Of a DNA stretch of 64,000 nt, positions 46,520-56,129 are shown in pieces. Location: the NCBI GenBank assembly GCA_043822245.1, contig JBDRBY010000001.1, positions 4,337-68,336 of the forward strand, read 5' to 3'. This DNA comes from Candidatus Omnitrophota bacterium (GTDB lineage: Bacteria; Omnitrophota; Gorgyraeia; Tantalellales; Tantalellaceae). Every line of letters starts with the position of its first letter. Position 1 is the stretch's first letter. Both the position numbers and the translations under genes were made by a program. The notes under the pieces were generated by a model. That model saw only the letters and a list, made by a program, of their open reading frames with translations, was not told where the DNA came from and made no database searches.

Positions 46520-46712
46520 GTTCAGTTATCAGTTATCAGTTATCAGTTATCATGTACAACCCACAAAACCTCAAACCAACCACCGATACATTTCCCTCCT
46601 TCTTTTTCAGTTATCAGTAAACAGTCATCAGTTAGCAGTATTCAGTGGAGAGTTAACAACCATCGATAAACAACAAAGCGCTAATCTCTGGTAACTGATC
46701 GCTGGTAACTGT
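46520..46712. repeat. Heptamer tandem repeats (CAGTTAT)n and variants
   Basis: CAGTTAT x4 at 46523-46550 with more copies to 46640 and inverted copies near 46690. Other heptamer clusters lie at 41236-41280, 45470-45660, 49470-49522, 51615-51660 and 59560-59625. Confidence 0.85.
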
Positions 46713-49450
46713 TAACTAAGCACCGCCTGCGCGGCCGCGAGCCTCGCGATAGGCACACGAAATGGAGAACAACTTACATAATCCATACCCGCGTCATAGC
46801 AGAATTTGATAGAATCAGGGTCTCCTCCATGTTCGCCGCAGATACCTACTTTAAGGCCCGGACGCGTTTTCCTGCCGCGTTTTATACCCATTGTAACAAG
46901 CTGCCCAACACCTTCAATGTCTAAAGATTGAAATGGATCTTTATCAAGTATTTTTTTATCCAAATAAGGTGCTAGAAAAGAGCCCATATCATCTCTGGAA
47001 AACCCAAAACTCATCTGCGTAAGATCGTTCGTCCCGAACGAGAAAAACTCAACCTGCTTAGCTATTTTATCCGCGATTAAAGCGGCTCTTGGAATCTCTA
47101 TCATTGTGCCAACCATAAAATTGAGTTTTTTAATTTTATATTTGGCCTTGGTTTCTTCATAAACGCGGTCAACAATCGCCCGTTGATCGCCTATTTCCAT
47201 CTCGCTTCCAACAACCGGAATCATTATTTCGGGAAGGACGGTCCTGCCAGCTTTAACGAGTTCCGCCGAAGCCTCCAGTATGGCCCTAACCTGCATTTCC
47301 GTAATCTCGGGGTACGTAACGCCAAGCCTGACACCGCGGTGCCCCATCATCGGATTACTTTCTTTGAGAAGCGCGACACGTTTTGCAAGGCTTGCCATAT
47401 CCACGCCTAAACTTTTTGCCAGCACCTCCAACTGATCTTTCTGATGCGGCACAAACTCATGCAAAGGTGGATCCAAAAGCCGTATTGTCACAGGAAGCCC
47501 GTCCATCGCTTCAAGCGTACCCTTAATATCGGCCTTTACATAAGGAAACAGCTCATTAAGCGCGGTTTGTCTCTCGCTGACTGATTTCGAAAGTATCATC
47601 TTACGGAGTAAAAAAAGCGGTTGTTCCGCGCCTTCTCCGTAAAACATATGCTCAGTCCTGAAAAGGCCTATACCTTCCGCCCCAAATTCACGCGCTTTTT
47701 TTGCATCCTTCGGAGTATCAGCGTTGGTACGTACCTTTAATTTTCTGATGGAATCGCAAATTTTCAGGTACTTGTCCAATACCATATTTTCTTTTGTGGC
47801 ATCAATCATTGGAAGCACGTCTTTGTAAACAAGGCCTTTTGTCCCATTGAGCGTAATCCAATCACCCTCTTTGAGGACAACGTTTCCAACTTTAACAGTT
47901 TTTTCAGCATGGCTGATTTCGAGGCTAGAGCATCCAACAATACAGCATTTTCCCCAGCCGCGAGCGACAAGCGCGGCATGCGAGGTCATGCCTCCACGGC
48001 CGGTAAGGATTGCCTGCGCCGCTCTCATGCCCTCTACATCTTCGGGATTCGTTTCCTGCCTGACAAGAATAACTTTTTTACCGGCCTTTGCCCATTCCAC
48101 AGAACTCTCTGAATCAAAAACAATCATACCGGAAGCTCCTCCCGGCCCTGCAGGTAGCCCTTTAGCTAGGGGAGTGTTCTTTTTCTCTTCCACTGGATCG
48201 ATAATAGGATGTAAAAGCTCATCCAGTTGCGAGGGCTTTACTCTTACAACCGCTTCCTTATTCGTAATAAGCTTTTCCTTCACCATATCAACCGCCATCT
48301 TAACAGCCGCGGGCCCATTCCGTTTTCCCACGCGCGTCTGCAAAAGAAAAAGCCGGCCTTCCTCAATAGTAAACTCGATATCCTGCATATCACGATAATG
48401 TTTCTCAAGCCTGGCTTGTATCGAATGTAATTCTTTGTAGATTTTCGGCATACAATCCTTCAGCATAACTTCATGTTTATTTTGGTCATTCTGAGAAGCT
48501 TCATTAATCGGCGCGGGCGTCCTTGTCCCTGCTACCACATCCTCTCCCTGCGCGTTGATTAGGTACTCACCATAAAAGTTATTGTCCCCATTCCCCGGAT
48601 TGCGGGTAAACGCGACTCCGGTAGCTGAATTTGTCCCCATGTTTCCAAATACCATTGCCTGAACATTTACCGCGGTACCCCATTCATGAGGAATGTTTTC
48701 TATCCGGCGGTAAGATATCGCTCTTTTGCCGTTCCACGAAGAAAAAACAGCGCCTATCCCACCCCATAACTGTTCACAGGCATCATCCGGGAATTCCTTC
48801 CCCAAAACCTCTTTAATCTTTTTTTTGTATTTCACGCAAATGTCCTTTAGATCGCCCGCATCAAGTTCGGTATCAAGTGTAACGCCCTTCTCTTTTTTCT
48901 TTTGCCCCAAAATCTTTTCAAGTTGATGGCGTATTCCTTTATTCTCTCCAGGCTCAATGCCAGCGGCTTTTTCCATAACCACGTCCGAATACATTGTTAT
49001 AAGCCTGCGGTACGCGTCATAAGCAAAACGTTCTTTTCCGGTTTTTTTAATTATTCCAGCGAGGGTTTTTGTTGTAAGGCCCACATTGAGCACAGTTTCC
49101 ATCATCCCAGGCATTGATTGCCGCGCCCCTGACCGCACAGATACTAAAAGCGGATTTGCTTCATTATCGAACTTTTTACCCATAACTTTTTCGACCTTTT
49201 TCATCGCGGAATTAACTTCCGCCTTGAGCTCTTTCGTATACTTACCACCATTCTCATAAAAATGAGTACACACTTTTGTGGTTATTGTAAATCCGGCAGG
49301 CACAGGAAGTTTAAGGCCAGGATGTCCGGCCATTTCTCCCAAGTTAGCGCCTTTACCGCCCAAAAGATTTTTCATACTTCCTTTCCCATCCGCGTGAGCA
49401 TTTCCGAAAAAATACACATTCTTTTTACCTTTCGCTGTCCCTTTTGTCAT
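46712..49450 (-). CDS. ppdK: Pyruvate phosphate dikinase
   Basis: LLGGKGANL, LLVSVRSGA..SMPGMM, GGMTSHAALVARGWG, GIGLFRTEHMF, GICGEHGGDP. Confidence 0.98.
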   Translation of the reverse strand: MTKGTAKGKKNVYFFGNAHADGKGSMKNLLGGKGANLGEMAGHPGLKLPVPAGFTITTKVCTHFYENGGKYTKELKAEVNSAMKKVEKVMGKKFDNEANPLLVSVRSGARQSMPGMMETVLNVGLTTKTLAGIIKKTGKERFAYDAYRRLITMYSDVVMEKAAGIEPGENKGIRHQLEKILGQKKKEKGVTLDTELDAGDLKDICVKYKKKIKEVLGKEFPDDACEQLWGGIGAVFSSWNGKRAISYRRIENIPHEWGTAVNVQAMVFGNMGTNSATGVAFTRNPGNGDNNFYGEYLINAQGEDVVAGTRTPAPINEASQNDQNKHEVMLKDCMPKIYKELHSIQARLEKHYRDMQDIEFTIEEGRLFLLQTRVGKRNGPAAVKMAVDMVKEKLITNKEAVVRVKPSQLDELLHPIIDPVEEKKNTPLAKGLPAGPGGASGMIVFDSESSVEWAKAGKKVILVRQETNPEDVEGMRAAQAILTGRGGMTSHAALVARGWGKCCIVGCSSLEISHAEKTVKVGNVVLKEGDWITLNGTKGLVYKDVLPMIDATKENMVLDKYLKICDSIRKLKVRTNADTPKDAKKAREFGAEGIGLFRTEHMFYGEGAEQPLFLLRKMILSKSVSERQTALNELFPYVKADIKGTLEAMDGLPVTIRLLDPPLHEFVPHQKDQLEVLAKSLGVDMASLAKRVALLKESNPMMGHRGVRLGVTYPEITEMQVRAILEASAELVKAGRTVLPEIMIPVVGSEMEIGDQRAIVDRVYEETKAKYKIKKLNFMVGTMIEIPRAALIADKIAKQVEFFSFGTNDLTQMSFGFSRDDMGSFLAPYLDKKILDKDPFQSLDIEGVGQLVTMGIKRGRKTRPGLKVGICGEHGGDPDSIKFCYDAGMDYVSCSPFRVPIARLAAAQAVLS

Positions 49451-49519
49451 TGTCTTTCCTCTCCTTTTTTCAACCGTCCGCTGTCCGCCGCCCGCCTATG
49501 AGCGACTAGCAACTAGCGA

Positions 49520-50824
49520 CTATGCACCCAACCTACTATCCACATATTCCTTAAGCTGCGAGGAGCTTACACGCTCCTGCTTCATCGTGTCCCGTTCTCT
49601 CACGGTAACCTTATCATCACTTAAAGAATCAACATCCACTGTAACACAATAAGGTGTTCCTATTTCATCCTGCCTGCGGTATAGCCTCCCTATCGCCGCG
49701 GTATCATCATAAACTACTCGATAATTATCCCTCAAATCATCTCTCAGTCTTTTTGCCATCTCTACTATCTCCGGCCGATTTTTAAGAAGCGGAAAAACCG
49801 CTACTTTGATCGGAGCTAAACGTTTATCTATAGAAAGATAAACCCGTTTTCTATCATTAACCGTCTCTTGCCGAAACGCGTCAACAAGAAACGCGAGAAC
49901 TGCCCGGTCCACGCCGCCTGAAGGCTCTATTACATAAGGGGCGTATCTTTCACCTGTATTCTCGTCGAAATATTGAAGCCCTCCCCCACTTAATTTAGAA
50001 TGTTGCCGGAGATCGTAATCCGTTCTATTGGCAATCCCTTCTAATTCAGACCAGCCCATCGGAAAAAGAAACTCAATATCATGACATCTCTTCGCGTAAT
50101 GCGCGAGTTCATCTTTTTTATGTTCTCTCAGCCTTAAGTTTTCTTTCCTTATTCCAAAAGAATGGTACCAATTTAAACGTTCACCTACCCAATAATCATA
50201 CCACTTGTCATCTTCTCCAGGCTTAACAAAAAACTCTAATTCCATCTGCTCAAACTCCCGGCTTCTAAAGATAAAATTTCCTGTTGTTATTTCATTACGA
50301 AAAGCTTTTCCTATCTGAGCCACGCCAAACGGCAGTTTACGGCGACTGGAGGTGAGGATGTTATCAAAATTCACAAATATTCCCTGCGCGGTCTCAGGCC
50401 TTAGATAAACATCCATTGAAGAGCCTTCTACTGAACCTACCCGCGTTTTAAACATGAGATTAAAACTCTTAGGTTCAGTAAGGGCCCCACCGCACTCCGG
50501 ACACTTCTTTTCTTTAAGATGATCTATTCTAAACCTCTTCTTACAATCTTTACAATCTACCATTATGTCCGCGAAAGATGTGACATGGCCCGACGCCTTC
50601 CAAATTTCCGGATTCATAAGGATAGATGAATCCAGCCCCTCAACATCGTTACGATTATAGACCATACTCCTCCACCACTGATCTTTTACCTGCTTTTTCA
50701 GTTCAACACCAAGCGGGCCATAATCCCACACACTGCCTATTCCCCCGTAAATCTCGCTACTCTGGAAGATAAAACCACGGCGTTTACAAAGATTCGCTAT
50801 GTCCTTAAGAGTTACATCATTCAT
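49520..50824 (-). CDS. glyQS: Glycine-tRNA ligase, homodimeric type
   Basis: LCKRRGFIFQSSEIYGG, YLRPETAQG, FRSREFEQMELE, VIEPSGGVDR. Confidence 0.97.
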   Translation of the reverse strand: MNDVTLKDIANLCKRRGFIFQSSEIYGGIGSVWDYGPLGVELKKQVKDQWWRSMVYNRNDVEGLDSSILMNPEIWKASGHVTSFADIMVDCKDCKKRFRIDHLKEKKCPECGGALTEPKSFNLMFKTRVGSVEGSSMDVYLRPETAQGIFVNFDNILTSSRRKLPFGVAQIGKAFRNEITTGNFIFRSREFEQMELEFFVKPGEDDKWYDYWVGERLNWYHSFGIRKENLRLREHKKDELAHYAKRCHDIEFLFPMGWSELEGIANRTDYDLRQHSKLSGGGLQYFDENTGERYAPYVIEPSGGVDRAVLAFLVDAFRQETVNDRKRVYLSIDKRLAPIKVAVFPLLKNRPEIVEMAKRLRDDLRDNYRVVYDDTAAIGRLYRRQDEIGTPYCVTVDVDSLSDDKVTVRERDTMKQERVSSSQLKEYVDSRLGA

Positions 50825-51606
50825 AGTTTAACACCTGCCATTTGTATATCATCAAGAAACTTCAATGATTTAACCGGCCTGTCTATATGATACTTCATAA
50901 AGCGGCCAAGAATTTTCTCTGTCTCTTTCCCCACTTCTCTGGAAACTTTGATACCCATTGTTTTTACCATCGGGCTTCTCTGAATGTTACGGATAAACTT
51001 TATTGTCCCCAAAGATATACTTAAATTTGTTCCTCCGTTTTTTTTCACACACATTCCGCATACCAGGCCACCGTCTCGCACACTGAACAGAAAACTACTC
51101 TGGTTGTCTATCTGTGCCGTACAAAGCACGCATCTTTCAAACTCTGGCGCCATACCTAATGCCTTTAAAAATTTCAATTCAAATATCCGAGCCGTACGTT
51201 TAGCACTGGAAGTTGTGCTTAACATTTTAAGGCTTTCGCATAAAACCTGATATAAGTCCTCATTTACATCATAATCATCGCTAACCACATCTACTAATTC
51301 TATAAAATAATTCGCGTATGTCAACCTTTCTATATCTTTTCTTATGGGAAGAAAAAAATCCAAGGCCTCACATTGAGTTATGAGGTCTAGAGTTCTTCTG
51401 TTTTTTTTATAAAAGATCAGCTGACAGCGCGTAAAAATTTCAAAATTTCCGGCAAATTGCGGATACGGTTTTCGTACACCTTTCATTACGCCCTTTATTT
51501 TTCCAAAGTCCTTTGTATACACAACCAGTATGTAACTCGTTTCCCGCAGGAAATATTTGCGCAGAACAACCCCCTCTGCCTTCAAAACGCCCCTACTCCT
51601 ATCCAC
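50821..51606 (-). CDS. recO: DNA repair protein RecO
   Basis: EGVVLRK...GKI...KGVRK OB fold, FELKFLK, CVLC...CGMC zinc finger; adjacent to glyQS. Confidence 0.93.
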   Translation of the reverse strand: MDRSRGVLKAEGVVLRKYFLRETSYILVVYTKDFGKIKGVMKGVRKPYPQFAGNFEIFTRCQLIFYKKNRRTLDLITQCEALDFFLPIRKDIERLTYANYFIELVDVVSDDYDVNEDLYQVLCESLKMLSTTSSAKRTARIFELKFLKALGMAPEFERCVLCTAQIDNQSSFLFSVRDGGLVCGMCVKKNGGTNLSISLGTIKFIRNIQRSPMVKTMGIKVSREVGKETEKILGRFMKYHIDRPVKSLKFLDDIQMAGVKL

Positions 51607-51655
51607 TTCTTCACCATCCCCTATCCCCTATTCACTATTCACTATTCACTAACCC

Positions 51656-52282
51656 CTATTCACCATCCGGCGCCACCGAACCTCCGGAAATCACAAGTTT
51701 CATCCCCTCTTCCACGCTCATTTTTAAAAAACATACATCGCTTTTCGGCACCGCCAAAAAAACACCGCTTGTGGGATTCGGCGTAGTAGGGACAAAAACA
51801 TTAACCCCACCGGGACCTATCTCCCCCTTTATCTCGCCTTTCGCGAGGCCTGTGATAAAACCAACCGAGTATAATCCCTTACGCGGATACTCGATAAGAA
51901 CAACTTGTTTAAATATGGTCTTTCCATGTCCAAAAAACGCTGAAAAAATCTGCTTCGCGGCATTGTAAAACTTTCCCATAACCGGCACATTGAGAAGAAG
52001 TCTTTCTCCTAAAACGAAAATTCTTTTAATAAAAATTATTTTCGCGCCCCATCCAAACATGGCTACAGTAAAAACAACGGCACAAAAGATTACAATTCTT
52101 GCCGCGTACACGCGGTAAGGCCCGCTTATCATAGGCGCGAAAAATCCCATTATGGGATCTAGCACCATTTTATTCATCTGCAAAACTAAAAACCTAATAA
52201 GCGCTACTGTTATTATCACAGGCAGTAAGATCACAATTCCATTAATGAAATTTATAAAAAAACCATTCCATACCCTCTTCAT
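51656..52282 (-). CDS. DUF502 family membrane protein
   Basis: VVLIEYPRKG, VFVPTTPNPTSG, MSVEEGMKLVISGG. Confidence 0.93.
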   Translation of the reverse strand: MKRVWNGFFINFINGIVILLPVIITVALIRFLVLQMNKMVLDPIMGFFAPMISGPYRVYAARIVIFCAVVFTVAMFGWGAKIIFIKRIFVLGERLLLNVPVMGKFYNAAKQIFSAFFGHGKTIFKQVVLIEYPRKGLYSVGFITGLAKGEIKGEIGPGGVNVFVPTTPNPTSGVFLAVPKSDVCFLKMSVEEGMKLVISGGSVAPDGE

Positions 52283-52311
52283 AATTGCTCCCGCCTTCTG
52301 GTATCAGGGCA

Positions 52312-53037
52312 TCAACCTATTAACTGAAAAATAAACAGCGTGATTAACGCGCCCAAGACACTTCCTAAGACAACCTGGCCTAACGTATGAATCCGCCCAA
52401 CCATTCGGCTCTTAGCAATACCAAGCGCCATAAATAAGGATAAAAAACTTATCAGAACATTCTCCGCAATAAGCGAAATTATTACCCAGATCGCGAATGC
52501 CACAGCTGAATGCCCGCTGGGCATGCCTCCTCTTAAAAGATGTTTTTCTTTCCTCAATATCTTAATCAACAGTACCAGCCCAACAACCACTAAAAGCACA
52601 ATAAGTGTCACATGCCACGGAGACTGCTTGATTATATGAAAAACTGTGACAACACGGCCTAAAGCGTGCCTCAAAAGCAGTAAATACCCTACAACCAAAG
52701 CGTTAATCGAACTAACAAAAACAGCACCCGCGGATATATCCTTTACTATCTTTACCGTCGGATGATATTCGCCGCTAATAAGATCAACAGCGTGCTCAAT
52801 AACAGTATTTATCATTTCCGCGACTAAAACAAAAGTCACGGCGAAACATAACAGCATAAATTCTACGGCGTTAAAATTTAAATAAATGCCTCCGATTAAA
52901 ACTAAAAACGCCACGAAAAAGTGCAAGCGCATATTACGCTCTGTCTTAAGAGTATGAATTATCCCTTCTAAAGCCGCGTCAACACTGCTAAAAAATCCTT
53001 TATTCTGAAATTTTCCCGATCTTTTGGATAAGTTCAA
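52312..53037 (-). CDS. dgkA: Diacylglycerol/undecaprenol kinase fused to a PAP2 phosphatase
   Basis: ERNMRLH, AEMINTVIEHAVD, KDISAGAV; GGMPSGHSA, SRM...H. Confidence 0.9.
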   Translation of the reverse strand: MNLSKRSGKFQNKGFFSSVDAALEGIIHTLKTERNMRLHFFVAFLVLIGGIYLNFNAVEFMLLCFAVTFVLVAEMINTVIEHAVDLISGEYHPTVKIVKDISAGAVFVSSINALVVGYLLLLRHALGRVVTVFHIIKQSPWHVTLIVLLVVVGLVLLIKILRKEKHLLRGGMPSGHSAVAFAIWVIISLIAENVLISFLSLFMALGIAKSRMVGRIHTLGQVVLGSVLGALITLFIFQLIG

Positions 53038-53458
53038 TTTCTTTTCTCCTCATTACAGATCTATCTCTGTTAGTTTTATCTCTGTATCCGTCTAAATGCA
53101 GTATACCATGTATGACATAAAGAAGGGTTTCGTCAAAAAATGTTGTCCGATAGATTTTGGTATTTTTCACGGCTCTGTCCAGGGAAATAATTATATCTCC
53201 CAAAAAGTTACGCTCACAGATTTCTGTGTAGTCTCTTCGAGCACTTCGCGCGGGAAACGCTATCACATCGGTTGAAGTGTCCTTACCGAAATAGACACGT
53301 TTAAACACCCGTATTTTCTGGCTTGTCACCAGCATTATGTTTAATTCCGCATTATTTTTTTTAAGCAATTTTAAAATTTTCTCCGCGGCCAGTTTTAATT
53401 TGGCAAGACTAATTTTTCTTTTGCTGTTTTGGTTTTTGATATTTACCCTTACCATCAT
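53000..53458 (-). CDS. ybeY: rRNA maturation endoribonuclease YbeY
   Basis: TDVIAFP, LGDIIIS, IHGILHLDGY.D. Confidence 0.92.
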   Translation of the reverse strand: MMVRVNIKNQNSKRKISLAKLKLAAEKILKLLKKNNAELNIMLVTSQKIRVFKRVYFGKDTSTDVIAFPARSARRDYTEICERNFLGDIIISLDRAVKNTKIYRTTFFDETLLYVIHGILHLDGYRDKTNRDRSVMRRKEIELIQKIGKISE

Positions 53459-55664
53459 TGCCAGCCCTTCTATCCTGAGATTTTAAACTGGTTTCAGGAT
53501 AATCTAACCTTGTATGAAAAGTACCAATAAGCACCCGCACAAAACTTTCCGCGATTTTATACATCTCCTTCAGCGTAAGAGCGCAGTCATCAAGCTGTCC
53601 GTCAATAAACTTGTTGTTTATAATCTTCTTTACCAGATTTCTTATGCTTGAAGGAGTGGGGTCATCAAGCGCCCTGCTTGATGCTTCAACGGAATCCGCT
53701 AAAAGTATGATAGCGCTTTCTTTTGTCTGAGGTTTCGGCCCTTCATAACGAAAATCTTCTTCTTTTACGGATACGTCATTCCCCGCTTTTTCCATAGCTT
53801 TTTGATAAAAATAAGATATCAACCCGTCACCATGATGTTGTGTGATAAAGTCAATGATCAATGTGTGAAGTTTGTGTTTTTTGGCTATATCCACGCCGTC
53901 TTTCACGTGTTTTGAAATAATAAGGGCGCTCATAGAAGGCGTTAGTTTTGAATGCCGGGAAGGCGCGCCCATTTCATTCTCGCTGAAATATTCAGCCTTA
54001 GGAATTTTTCCAATATCATGAAAATACGCTCCTACCCTTGCCTGCAGGCTGTTTGCACCAATGGCATTACACGCGGCTTCTGCCAAATTTCCAACCATTA
54101 TGCTGTGATGATAAGTTCCCGGAGCTTCTATGGCCAGCTCTTTTAGTAAAGGATGGTTCAGATCCGAGAGTTCTAAAAGGCTTATATTAGTCGGTACTTT
54201 AAAAAAATACTCAAAAGCTGGTAAAAGCCCCATAACCATAAATCCTGAAAATAGACCGCTAGCCACGCCCCAAATACCGTCTCTTATGTAGTGTTCCGCT
54301 TCTATCTGATTGATTAAACCTATGCATACTATGGCGGTAAATTTCGCTACCCCTGCCAGAAGGCCTGCCCATAAGATGTTCGCGCGCCTCCTCGTATCTC
54401 TTACCGCAAAGATACCAACCATACTGCCTGTCAAAAGCACCAACATGACTTCTATCCCCCCGCCTACCAAAAGGGATATTAGAAGACTTATCACAACGAC
54501 ACTAAGAAACGCCATATTCGCGCCAACAAGAAGCATGATAAGCATGCCCATGCCTGCCATTGGGATGAAATAGCTGGGTTGCGGGGAACGCGTAATAAAA
54601 TCGGAGATAAGAATTATAAAGAACATATTCAGAAGGATAATCGCTATTTCTTTCGTATTTTGCAAAAAATTAGTCTTTCGGATGAAAGAAATATAAATAA
54701 CTGAAATCAACCCTAATAACAAAAATAAAAGAAGTATCCCAATAAAAAATGTCGGAGTAGTCCCCGGTTTAAAAATTCTTCTAAGCTTTGTTATCTGGGC
54801 AAGATGACGCGCGTTTACTCTTTTTCCTTTTTCTATTATAAGTTCGTTTTTTTCCACCTGCCAACTAAGATATGCCGGCTCAACTTTTTTAACAGCGATA
54901 TCTCTTTCTTCACCGGTTCTTTTCTGGTCAATTTTAATGTTGGGCACGGCATATTCTGAAATAACCGCGGTAACGGCCTGCTTTAACCGCCGGTTACCTT
55001 CAAATTGTTCCGGAATACAATCGGATGTGTCAGATTGTATTTTTGTTTTATCTAAAAGTTCTTCCACTTTTTTTTCGCTTGATGAAGAGGCCTCTTCATC
55101 AACCACCACAATTAGATTCGCGTTTTCCTTTTTCAAATAAACTAAATCTTCATCACTTACGCACCCCGCCAAAAAAATCCTTTTAATAATTTCCGCGCTT
55201 TTAGCTTTCAAAGCCAGAGTGTCAGGATACTCCAGCAGGTATTTAAGATTTTTCTCTGAAACTTTTACTTTTAGTTTTTTGTTTAGCACCTCTATTTTTT
55301 CCGCGAGAGGGCTCTCGTTCTCTTTTTCAGCGTCAAGAATGTCAAAAAAATCTTCAAGAGCGAATATGGCCTTTTCCTCAAGCTGTGAATTTCGTTGAAA
55401 AAAATACGGCGCTTTTTGAATCACTGCCTGTTTTGCCTTTTCCATACGTTCTTCATCAATCCCCCAAAAATAGGAAAAATCATAAGGGGCATACACGTTT
55501 CTTAACGCGATATCTCCTTCGTGCACATCCCTTTGATACAACTGCGGGCTTATGAATACACTGTAAAGCGCCGCGGCAAGAAACGCGAGTATGAAAAGAA
55601 ATGAAACTATTTCCTTTTGTCTGGCTTCTTTTATCGCGTCCCGCATTTTACGTATTTTAATCAT
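53409..55664 (-). CDS. 7TM-HD phosphohydrolase (PgpH/YqfF-like, putative cyclic-di-AMP phosphodiesterase)
   Basis: Extracytoplasmic domain, 7 TM helices, LLELSDLNHPLL, APGTYHHS, HDIGK, HHG, LADSVEA; upstream of ybeY. Confidence 0.9.
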   Translation of the reverse strand: MIKIRKMRDAIKEARQKEIVSFLFILAFLAAALYSVFISPQLYQRDVHEGDIALRNVYAPYDFSYFWGIDEERMEKAKQAVIQKAPYFFQRNSQLEEKAIFALEDFFDILDAEKENESPLAEKIEVLNKKLKVKVSEKNLKYLLEYPDTLALKAKSAEIIKRIFLAGCVSDEDLVYLKKENANLIVVVDEEASSSSEKKVEELLDKTKIQSDTSDCIPEQFEGNRRLKQAVTAVISEYAVPNIKIDQKRTGEERDIAVKKVEPAYLSWQVEKNELIIEKGKRVNARHLAQITKLRRIFKPGTTPTFFIGILLLFLLLGLISVIYISFIRKTNFLQNTKEIAIILLNMFFIILISDFITRSPQPSYFIPMAGMGMLIMLLVGANMAFLSVVVISLLISLLVGGGIEVMLVLLTGSMVGIFAVRDTRRRANILWAGLLAGVAKFTAIVCIGLINQIEAEHYIRDGIWGVASGLFSGFMVMGLLPAFEYFFKVPTNISLLELSDLNHPLLKELAIEAPGTYHHSIMVGNLAEAACNAIGANSLQARVGAYFHDIGKIPKAEYFSENEMGAPSRHSKLTPSMSALIISKHVKDGVDIAKKHKLHTLIIDFITQHHGDGLISYFYQKAMEKAGNDVSVKEEDFRYEGPKPQTKESAIILLADSVEASSRALDDPTPSSIRNLVKKIINNKFIDGQLDDCALTLKEMYKIAESFVRVLIGTFHTRLDYPETSLKSQDRRAGNDGKGKYQKPKQQKKN

Positions 55665-56077
55665 TTAACCCACTCTTCTTCCTCTATAACGTTATGTTTG
55701 GCTACTACCGCGGGTTTAACCACCCCTTTGGTCACTTCCAAATCTTTCTTTATTACTTCTTGCGGCAATTCGGTCACTTCAGGGATATTTTGCGAGGCTT
55801 GCTGTTTTTTTAATCGGGGTTGTTTGTCTTTCTTTTTCATGACAAATAAATTTTCATCAAGCTCTACATCTACACCCATAAACGTTCTTGTCGCTTTTTT
55901 ATTACTTTTGGGCGCTTCGGGAACATTTCCCGTCACATACCCTCGATTTCCGTGTATTTTTTGATCCACCCTATCTTCTTCAAACGTGTAAATATCAATT
56001 TTTTTTACCGCGGGATTGGCACATCCTGTCATCGAAAAAACAGCAATCATAGCGAGCATCACAAACATATTCAACAT
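55661..56077 (-). CDS. Hypothetical lipoprotein
   Basis: Signal peptide with lipobox MTGC; SD AAGGAGGG. Confidence 0.75.
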   Translation of the reverse strand: MLNMFVMLAMIAVFSMTGCANPAVKKIDIYTFEEDRVDQKIHGNRGYVTGNVPEAPKSNKKATRTFMGVDVELDENLFVMKKKDKQPRLKKQQASQNIPEVTELPQEVIKKDLEVTKGVVKPAVVAKHNVIEEEEWVK

Positions 56078-56129
56078 TTCCCCTCCCTTTTGTTTATTGA
56101 GTACTGTCGAAATTTTTTATTCGTACCAA

